Positions 7,843 through 15,297 of a stretch of 36,734 bases of DNA are shown here, one piece after another; the stretch's first letter is position 1; each line of letters begins with the position of its first letter. The DNA is from Methanobacteriota archaeon. Its GTDB lineage: Archaea > Thermoplasmatota > Poseidoniia > Poseidoniales > Poseidoniaceae. The position numbers and the translations under genes were made by a program. The stretch spans positions 1 to 36,734 of the forward strand of contig JAACDL010000190.1 in assembly GCA_009936765.1 (NCBI GenBank). The letters are read 5' to 3'. The notes under the pieces are model-generated. The model saw only the letters and a list, made by a program, of their open reading frames with translations. It made no database searches and was not told the DNA's origin.

Positions 7843-10282
7843 TTTGTTCACCTCCTTCATTAGACTGAATACCCTTTTCCAAGGAGGATACTGAACGAGT
7901 TGAGCGAACTAACATTGCTAATCCTGATGAAATTAGCATTACTGCTCCGAGAATCATGTAAGATAGCCAACTTGATGCTGGCTCTTCACCCATTACTGAT
8001 ACTGCGGAATTCCAACCGCCGTATTCATCAGACCAGCCATCACCATCTTCATCTGGACACCCTTGAATGTCTCTGGTTGAAGTGCCTGGAACATCAGGAC
8101 AATCGTCTCTTCTCGAACCCATTCCTACATCGCCAAAGCCGTCTTCATCGGTATCTTGCCACTGTAGCCTATCGGTTGGGAAAGCATCTGCTTCACCCCA
8201 CGGTGAGGCTAGCCAATTCTGAGAAGGATCTGACCATCCGTCGCCATCAGAATCTCGACATCCTAATCTGTCGAAGAATGATTGGCCACGTTCATTTGGA
8301 CATGCGTCTCCTTCATGGCCATCTGAATTATCTCCGAATCCATCGCCGTCTTCATCACGCCACTGTGATGGTTCGTGTACGAATTGATCTCCTTGGTCAG
8401 ACCATCCATCACCATCTGTATCGTGGCAACCCCAACGGTCACCACCTTTTGTTGGACCAAGAGAGGTCCCTGGAACATTTGGACAAACATCTGCGGTAGT
8501 TCCGCGTGGGTTATCTCCGCGACCATCACCGTCACTGTCGTGCCATTGAGTTTCGTCTGAAGGCCAAGCATCTGCAAGTCCACCTGGACTTGCTAACCAA
8601 TGAGTAGTAGGGTTAGACCAACCATCGCCATCTGTATCTGGGCAACCCCATCTATCCATTGCTGAATTTCCTTCAGTAGCAATACAGCCGTCTCCTCTCC
8701 AAGCTTCTCTCCAAGTATCTCCATCGAAATACTCGAGGTTGTCTCCATAACCATCATCATCAGTATCATGCCACTGACTTTCGTCTGTAGGGAAGGCATC
8801 AGCGAAACCATCAGGATGTGAAATCCACCAGTCATCAGGATTAGAATAACCATCCATATCGATATCAAGACATCCGAAACGGTCGGCCCAACTTATCCAT
8901 CCACTTTCAACTTCTTCGACAGTGCTCAAAGGACAAACATCCCCTTCGAATCCAGTAATCTCATCGCCATATCCGTCACCATCAGTGTCGCGATACTGAC
9001 TCGGAATTAATGGGAAGTCGTCAACTTGAGTTGCTCCGTATGATTGATTGTCGCCCCATCCATCATCATCAGAATCTATCCATTGTGAAGGATTATCCGG
9101 GAAGTCATCGACTTGCAAAGCCCCTTCAGTCTGGTTATCACCCCAGCCATCATTATCTCTATCTGCCCACTGAGTAGGGTTTTGCGGGAAGGCGTCTGCG
9201 CCATTACCAGCAGTCCAATTCAAATCAGGGTCTGACCAACCATCGAAATCTGCATCTGGACAACCGAATCGGTCTTCCATGGAATATCCTGTTACGAACG
9301 GGCATGCATCAGGCTCTGTTGCATTATCATACCATATGCCAATTGACCAATTCGTTCTGGTTTCATTCCAAGAAATATCAGCCCAATTATCGCCAAACCC
9401 ATCTTCATCAGTGTCGTTCCATTGGCTTGCAATAAATGGGAAAGCATCTGCTGTACCATTAGGATGAGAAAACCATGGCTCGACTCCATCTAGTCCACCA
9501 GGATCTGCATCAGACCAACTGTCGCCATCTGAATCAAGGCATCCGAATCTGTCTGCAGAAGAATATCCACGGCGATAAGGGCAGTGATCGGGTTCGAAAC
9601 CGTTGATGTTGTCTCCAAAACCATCATTATCAGAATCAACCCATTGGCTAGGTTCTGTTGCAAATGCGTCCGCCCCATTGTTTGGCCCCCAGCCCTCATC
9701 AGGGTCGGACCAACCATCTGAGTCCGTATCTACGCATCCTTTCCTGTCATTAGTTGATGTTCCAGGTGTGAGATCACAGTCATCTTCATTATCGATGAAA
9801 CCATCTTCATCGCTATCTCTGTTGTCTTGATTCAATGATGGAGTTAATGTGTAATCGACACCGTCGTTACACCAACTATCTTTCCCTTTGACTTTGACAT
9901 GTACCCACCCTGCAGTAGACATTGTAGTAGACAAAGTGGTGGATGAACCTGAATCGCTCATTCCCTGACCGGCTACCTGTGAACCGGCAGCGTCGTGAAT
10001 TGAAAAGTCGGCTTCCCAGCCATCACCGGGGCACCAAATCGCAGCATTACTCATCGAACCTGAAAAACCAACTTGCACTATATCCCCTTTGTAGGCATAT
10101 ATCTTCCACCAGTCGGTTTGATCGTTTGGTGAACAGCCATCATCATAGCAAACATAGCCGTTTGTTGAGACACCATTTGTCAGAGGAGTTGCGTTGCTGA
10201 TGTCATTATCTGCAGACACTGGCGGAATAATTGCTAAAAGGCACGCTGCGAGGAATAGGACCACCCACTGCCTCGCGCGCAT
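7835..10282 (-). CDS. Membrane-anchored surface protein: PPC-like N-terminal domain + thrombospondin type-3 repeats + C-terminal TM
   Basis: Signal peptide ending VSA|DND; DQTDWWKIYAYKGDIVQV...DYTL (pre-peptidase C-terminal-like); many DAFPxxxxQWxDxDxDGxGDN and DRFGCxDxDGDGWSD units. Start 10282 is preferred over 10288 from promoter spacing. Confidence 0.88.
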   Translation of the reverse strand: MRARQWVVLFLAACLLAIIPPVSADNDISNATPLTNGVSTNGYVCYDDGCSPNDQTDWWKIYAYKGDIVQVGFSGSMSNAAIWCPGDGWEADFSIHDAAGSQVAGQGMSDSGSSTTLSTTMSTAGWVHVKVKGKDSWCNDGVDYTLTPSLNQDNRDSDEDGFIDNEDDCDLTPGTSTNDRKGCVDTDSDGWSDPDEGWGPNNGADAFATEPSQWVDSDNDGFGDNINGFEPDHCPYRRGYSSADRFGCLDSDGDSWSDADPGGLDGVEPWFSHPNGTADAFPFIASQWNDTDEDGFGDNWADISWNETRTNWSIGIWYDNATEPDACPFVTGYSMEDRFGCPDADFDGWSDPDLNWTAGNGADAFPQNPTQWADRDNDGWGDNQTEGALQVDDFPDNPSQWIDSDDDGWGDNQSYGATQVDDFPLIPSQYRDTDGDGYGDEITGFEGDVCPLSTVEEVESGWISWADRFGCLDIDMDGYSNPDDWWISHPDGFADAFPTDESQWHDTDDDGYGDNLEYFDGDTWREAWRGDGCIATEGNSAMDRWGCPDTDGDGWSNPTTHWLASPGGLADAWPSDETQWHDSDGDGRGDNPRGTTADVCPNVPGTSLGPTKGGDRWGCHDTDGDGWSDQGDQFVHEPSQWRDEDGDGFGDNSDGHEGDACPNERGQSFFDRLGCRDSDGDGWSDPSQNWLASPWGEADAFPTDRLQWQDTDEDGFGDVGMGSRRDDCPDVPGTSTRDIQGCPDEDGDGWSDEYGGWNSAVSVMGEEPASSWLSYMILGAVMLISSGLAMLVRSTRSVSSLEKGIQSNEGGEQNA
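7848..7855 (-). promoter_or_regulatory. Shine-Dalgarno site GGAGGTGA
   Basis: Perfect archaeal-type SD 5 nt upstream of ATG 7842. Confidence 0.8.
8024..9817 (-). repeat. Thrombospondin type-3-like repeat array (protein-level)
   Basis: About 600 aa of alternating QWxDxDxDGxGD and GCPDxDGDGWSD units. Boundaries are approximate. Confidence 0.88.
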
Positions 10283-10326
10283 GAGCATGCATGTGAGGGT
10301 TTGGTTTTCAAGACAGCGCCGTCAAA

Positions 10327-12057
10327 TCAGATATCGGTAGCAATCCATACTGGTCCATGGGCTGCATCACCCTCTGTGCTAACAATTGGCTCAGGAATAG
10401 AACTAACCACCTCTAATCTCACGAATTTTATGTATCTCTGTTCTTCGTTTTCTTCAAATGGATGGAGCCCTATATTCTGCTGATATGCAATTCCAATCCA
10501 ATCAGCATTTGGGCCATGAACAGTTTCAAAGAAATCGTGTAATGCATGCACATCACCATTTGCTTCTTCATAAGAATTGACGATGTGTAAAGGAGTCGGG
10601 TCTGCTATAGTCCACTGGAATTCATCACCAGAATGAGGTTCGTATATTGCACCGGCTTGTAGGTACCACTCGTCACCCTCTGTATATCCATCATCACCGT
10701 ATTCAAGCCCATACCATGAGATTGAGACCATGTTATTCTCGCTTATCGACACGAAAGGATACATCGTAATTCCTCCGGATTCACCCCAATCCGGAGCTAC
10801 GCTCCAACTTTCTTCCCAAGTATCTCCATGATCATATGAAATAGCCATCAGCATGTCCCATGCTCCTAAATCTCCGTTAGGGCAATCTGCCCAAATAACG
10901 ACTACTGTGCCTGCTTCGTTATTGTTGACGACAGGATATCCTTCTGGACAGTTTCCATTTCTAGGTCCTAACTCCTTAGGAGGATCCCATGTGCCATCAG
11001 ATGGTCCCGGTCCAGTTCCACGACCGTAATCATCACTGATTCTAATTTGTACAGAGCCTGAATTGGAGTCTGCATCTTCCTGAGCCACATAAACGTAAGA
11101 ACCATTGTTCTCAGAGGATATTGTTGACCACCCACCAGGCATAGCAAAGCATTGAGTGAATGTATTACCGCCATCCTCGGAATGGTAGTACCAGTACCGT
11201 CCGTTATCCCCTGTACATTCTGGAGGTGTCGCCCCCGAATTTCCAAGATAGTGAATTATTCCATCTCCTTGAGCCGCAACCCAAGGTCTGTCATCCGCAG
11301 CCATAGTGTTCATTCTTTGGCAAACATTACCCATTTCATATGAGTCGCCTCCTTCTGTAAATCTATGCCACCAATTGTCCTCAAGTGTGGTATCAAGATA
11401 GTATACCACATCTTCGTTGTCAACTGCGATATCTCCTTCATCGCCAAGACATTCAGATGCACCTCCTGTAACTGAGCCAACAGCAGAGTTAAGCAAATTA
11501 CCAGGAGTTGGCTCGAACTGGTCAGCATGGTCCCCAGTGGTTCCATTATCTGTTGAAACCCAGAACCAAGATGCCCAATAATCCCATGAGGTCATTGCTC
11601 CATCTTCACATGCGTACCAAGAATCGGTTGGCCCACCTAAAATGGGACCAAGTGGAGTACCTTCCCCGCCCCAACGTAAATCCTTGTGCGCTGTAATTTG
11701 CATATTCCCTTTGGAGTCTATTGACAAGGAAGGCTCGTAACCAACCCCATATCCGGCATAATCTTCATCTTGGCCGTTTGACATATCGATACACTCTTCG
11801 TGACGAGGCATGTAAATTGGTTCGCCTAAGGTAAGTTCTACAGAGTCCCCAGGAGAGAGAGGTTTACTCGCTTTCGCTTCCGCAAATCCGGGTGCTTGAA
11901 TCTGACCGACACTAGATGCTATGATAAGGAATGTCACAGAGACTGCAAAGGTAATTCCAATCATTCCATTAAGGAATCTAGATTCATCTTCTTCAAACAA
12001 TTCTGCATCATCGATATCGGTTTCAGACAACCGATTACCCAATCCGCTGTCAGTCAT
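10327..12057 (-). CDS. Membrane-anchored BNR/Asp-box beta-propeller (sialidase-fold) protein
   Basis: Asp-boxes STDNGTT, SEDGGNTF, SDDYGRGT, SYDHGDTW; GDEGDIAVD, DRPWVAA and HDFF; N-terminal signal anchor. Substrate unknown. Confidence 0.75.
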   Translation of the reverse strand: MTDSGLGNRLSETDIDDAELFEEDESRFLNGMIGITFAVSVTFLIIASSVGQIQAPGFAEAKASKPLSPGDSVELTLGEPIYMPRHEECIDMSNGQDEDYAGYGVGYEPSLSIDSKGNMQITAHKDLRWGGEGTPLGPILGGPTDSWYACEDGAMTSWDYWASWFWVSTDNGTTGDHADQFEPTPGNLLNSAVGSVTGGASECLGDEGDIAVDNEDVVYYLDTTLEDNWWHRFTEGGDSYEMGNVCQRMNTMAADDRPWVAAQGDGIIHYLGNSGATPPECTGDNGRYWYYHSEDGGNTFTQCFAMPGGWSTISSENNGSYVYVAQEDADSNSGSVQIRISDDYGRGTGPGPSDGTWDPPKELGPRNGNCPEGYPVVNNNEAGTVVVIWADCPNGDLGAWDMLMAISYDHGDTWEESWSVAPDWGESGGITMYPFVSISENNMVSISWYGLEYGDDGYTEGDEWYLQAGAIYEPHSGDEFQWTIADPTPLHIVNSYEEANGDVHALHDFFETVHGPNADWIGIAYQQNIGLHPFEENEEQRYIKFVRLEVVSSIPEPIVSTEGDAAHGPVWIATDI

Positions 12058-12097
12058 AATTTACACTCCAACCAATTTCTTATCAGACCTTCGTGCA

Positions 12098-13366
12098 TTA
12101 ACCCATTTTTTGGATGGCTCTCTCAAACACTGCAGTGTAATCTGATGCGTTATGTTCATAGGTATATTTCGAGAGTACACGCTCTCGACCTAGTAGTGCT
12201 TTTTCTCCAGTTTTATTACTGGATAACATCTCATTTACACATCGTGCTAAATCAGAAGGATCACCTCTTTTGAATAAACCACCAACTGAAGTATCAACCA
12301 TCTCTGTCAATGGTTCTTGGTCTACTGTTGCTACAGGAGTTCCACTCGCTAGCGATTCAAGAGGTATGAGTCCCTGTCCTTCATAATATGAAGGATAGAC
12401 TACAAGGTCTGCCGAACGGAAATGTTGTGCTAATTCATCGAATGATAGACTGCTTTGAATATGGATCGATTCTGAAATTCCTAATTTCCTAGCATTTTTC
12501 TCCAAACTTGATTTCATGTGACCGCGGCCAACAATTACCAACTTAGCGCCAGGATTTTCAACAATTATCTCGGGCATAGCTCTGAGTAAAGTCATGTATC
12601 CCTTACGTGCTACTAATCTTCCAACTGCAAGTAACATAGGAGTCTTAGTCTCAGATGAGTAAGACAGGGCTTCTTCGTCTCCACAATCATATTGAGTTCT
12701 AATACGCTCATGTTCTAATTGCTCTGCTTCAGCGTCCGTATTAGGGGGACGGAACACCTTGTGGTCACAACCCCAAAGGATTACTTCGCAATCGAAATTT
12801 CCGTCAGGCCGATACCACTGTTTGAATTCTTTCAGAGTAGATTGTGAATTAGAAACGCAGATACTAGATTCCAGTATTCCAGCCCTTTCATATCTTGAAT
12901 ACCATCCAGCAGTAGTAAGAATTGCAAGGTCATTTGGATTCCTCCATGTTGCAGACTCCCTAGCTGCTGCTGCTCTTTTCACTCCCTCTTTCTCCCCTAA
13001 CCAAGAACCATGTAGACATGAAACTACAGGAGCGATATTTTTCTGCAACCATCTGAACTCTTTTCTCTTCCAAGACACCAGTGGTAGATGAGCGTTTATG
13101 ACATCAATTGGTTTGTCAGCATGAAGTTTTTTCAAAGCCTTAATCGCGCTTTTTCCATATGAACGAGTGAAAGCCATAGGCAGTCGAGCCCAGCGAACTG
13201 GAACTACATTTACTCCTTCTTGAGATGGAACTTTTTCTGAATGTGAACGAGTGATTATTGTTACCTCATGCCCCAGTTGAACAAAGTGTCCAGCAAGGTG
13301 GAAAACCACTGAACCAATTCCCCCCCATCGGGGTGGATATTCACCTGACACTATCGCAATGTGCAT
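12098..13366 (-). CDS. Glycosyltransferase family 4 (GT-B)
   Basis: EYPPRWGGIG, GHEVTII, VGRLVARKG and PSYYEGQGLIPLESLASGTPV (EX7E). Start set at ATG 13366. Confidence 0.93.
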   Translation of the reverse strand: MHIAIVSGEYPPRWGGIGSVVFHLAGHFVQLGHEVTIITRSHSEKVPSQEGVNVVPVRWARLPMAFTRSYGKSAIKALKKLHADKPIDVINAHLPLVSWKRKEFRWLQKNIAPVVSCLHGSWLGEKEGVKRAAAARESATWRNPNDLAILTTAGWYSRYERAGILESSICVSNSQSTLKEFKQWYRPDGNFDCEVILWGCDHKVFRPPNTDAEAEQLEHERIRTQYDCGDEEALSYSSETKTPMLLAVGRLVARKGYMTLLRAMPEIIVENPGAKLVIVGRGHMKSSLEKNARKLGISESIHIQSSLSFDELAQHFRSADLVVYPSYYEGQGLIPLESLASGTPVATVDQEPLTEMVDTSVGGLFKRGDPSDLARCVNEMLSSNKTGEKALLGRERVLSKYTYEHNASDYTAVFERAIQKMG

Positions 13367-13449
13367 GTCGAACAATTACCCCACTTGGTAATATGATAAA
13401 TAATCCAAGGGATAGGTGGCTTCAAATGAAATCCTTGAATCGTGGTGGT

Positions 13450-14223
13450 ATGGCGGACAAGTTGCCGGTCTCTGTCACCATCATCCTTCCGACTCGTAAT
13501 GAAGAGGAAGCTCTTGGTCCAACCGTAGATTCAATCCCTCGAGATTGGTGTGATGAATTGGAGATCATGATTGTTGATGGTAGCTCTACTGATAAGACTA
13601 GAGAAATCGCATTAAAAAAGGGAATCAGAGTTCACCTAGAGCCACGAAAAGGTTACGGGAGAGCATATAGAACCGGTTTCGCAGTTGCCAAAGGCGATAT
13701 TATTGTCACCATGGATGCTGACTGTACCTATCCTGCAGAAGTTGTTCCGGATTTGGTCAAGAGACTTATTGATGAAGATTTAGATTTCATAACCTGTGAC
13801 AGACTTACTCTTGCTGAAGAAGGCTCGATGTCTGGACTCCACGGATTTGGAAACTGGATGCTTTCATTTAACGCAAGATTGGCATTCGGATATGGAATCA
13901 AAGATTCCCAGTCCGGCATGTGGGTATTCCGCAAATCAATCTTTGAGAAGGAAAAGATGAGACCTACTAACGACGGAATGCCATTATCTGAGGAGATGAA
14001 AATCTTGGCTCGCAAAGTATTGGGTAAGAAGAAGGCTATCGAAGTGTCAGTTCCTTATCGACCAAGAGTAGGAGATGCAGAAATTCACACATGGGGAGAT
14101 GGTTGGAAGAATCTAAGATTCATTTGGGCTAAGCGATTCGGCCTACACCGAACCCGAACCGAATGGGGTCCACTAGAAGATAACCCAGATTCTCTAAATG
14201 GTGACATTCCTGAACAAAAGTGA
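13450..14223 (+). CDS. Glycosyltransferase family 2 (polyprenol-phosphate hexosyltransferase/DPM1-like)
   Basis: IILPTRNEE, IVDGSSTDKT, GYGRAY, MDAD (DxD), DSQSGM, YRPRVG. The upstream part of the track ORF overlaps GT4, so the start is set at ATG 13450. Confidence 0.9.
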   Translation: MADKLPVSVTIILPTRNEEEALGPTVDSIPRDWCDELEIMIVDGSSTDKTREIALKKGIRVHLEPRKGYGRAYRTGFAVAKGDIIVTMDADCTYPAEVVPDLVKRLIDEDLDFITCDRLTLAEEGSMSGLHGFGNWMLSFNARLAFGYGIKDSQSGMWVFRKSIFEKEKMRPTNDGMPLSEEMKILARKVLGKKKAIEVSVPYRPRVGDAEIHTWGDGWKNLRFIWAKRFGLHRTRTEWGPLEDNPDSLNGDIPEQK

Positions 14224-14238
14224 CCACAGTGTCATTTT

Positions 14239-15297
14239 CTAATTCGTTTTCGTCTTCACATCTCTCATATCAATACTATCTGAAGTATCTTCTAACTGGC
14301 CAGTGATTACCATATCACCCATAATAACACTGTCTGAAATTTTTGTAATAATGGTTTGATTCACAACCGTAGTTCCAGTAAAATCATCAGAAGGCATTAG
14401 ATACACAGGATATTCGTCAAATGGAAGTGGTTTATCGATTGCAACCCTGTTAATGAAGCCAATTGTGATTGGCGCTAGCAAAAACAAGACTACCCAAGCC
14501 CAGAAAAGTTGCACGACAAATGCTCCATAATGAATTCCAGCTACGCCCTCCATTTCAATGTAAGAGCGATGATCCTCGCCTGGAGGATTGGCTACAACAT
14601 CATCAAATTCCGATTCATCAACTAATCCTAAATCATACCCTTTATTGACAAACTCATAATCAAATTCACCATTTATTATGTCAAACACTGGATTACCAGT
14701 CAATGACTGGTGTACAGTTGATTCTCGATTATCATCTTGGCCTTGGCCTGTTCCGAAATCCATTCCCCCGAGGTAGCCCAATGGTGCAATTACAACCAAA
14801 GAGATAACAATCCATAGTACTAACAGATTGAGAGTGATACCGATTAAGGCTCGGTTTTTTACTTGGAAAAATGTAAGGCAGAACATCAACACCGCTAATG
14901 CAGGAGCAATCTTTGTTAGTAAGGGAACATCTTCTTGAACCTCAGAAAGAGGAGTTAGTTCAATTGTGTTACCTTCCACATCAGTAGAATCCGATGGGAT
15001 TGAGGTGTCATTGCGGTCATTCTGCCATTGCATGAAAGTGATGAAACCATCAATGTGAATACTACCGTCGGCACTCTGTTGGTCTACTTCTAATTCAACT
15101 TCCATTCCTGCGCCTTTGGGCAAGCCTTCTGAATACTCAATATCCACTACCCCTGTATACCAAGTTTGAGTATTGACTACCTGAACCAGTGATAGCAAAA
15201 TCACTATCTGAAACGTATGAAGGAGCAACTTGCCATATGGCCTCCCCTCCCTCATATGAGGAAGGGGGGCAATCAATGGTTTCAATTCTTGCTTCAC
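14239..15297 (-). CDS. Hypothetical integral membrane protein (about 4 TM helices, two large acidic loops)
   Basis: 352-aa ORF with four hydrophobic segments; ATGA overlap with the upstream gene. Confidence 0.75.
   Translation of the reverse strand: MKQELKPLIAPLPHMREGRPYGKLLLHTFQIVILLSLVQVVNTQTWYTGVVDIEYSEGLPKGAGMEVELEVDQQSADGSIHIDGFITFMQWQNDRNDTSIPSDSTDVEGNTIELTPLSEVQEDVPLLTKIAPALAVLMFCLTFFQVKNRALIGITLNLLVLWIVISLVVIAPLGYLGGMDFGTGQGQDDNRESTVHQSLTGNPVFDIINGEFDYEFVNKGYDLGLVDESEFDDVVANPPGEDHRSYIEMEGVAGIHYGAFVVQLFWAWVVLFLLAPITIGFINRVAIDKPLPFDEYPVYLMPSDDFTGTTVVNQTIITKISDSVIMGDMVITGQLEDTSDSIDMRDVKTKTN

Noticed and set aside
8024..9817. CRISPR array or DNA tandem repeat
   Set aside because: The repetition is degenerate and at the protein level (TSP3); there are no identical 25-40-bp direct repeats with spacers.
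10241..10252. Lipobox-like LAAC in the TSP3 protein signal peptide
   Set aside because: The hydrophobic stretch continues to a good SPase I site (VSA|DND), and the protein already has a C-terminal TM anchor.
13258..13449. N-terminal extension of GT2 in the ORF track
   Set aside because: It overlaps the divergent GT4 gene, and GT2 homology and the promoter-like box point to ATG 13450.
14239..14420. C-terminal ISDSVIMGD-containing tail as a separate domain or fusion remnant
   Set aside because: There is only one copy in the window and no independent evidence; it needs an orthologue alignment.
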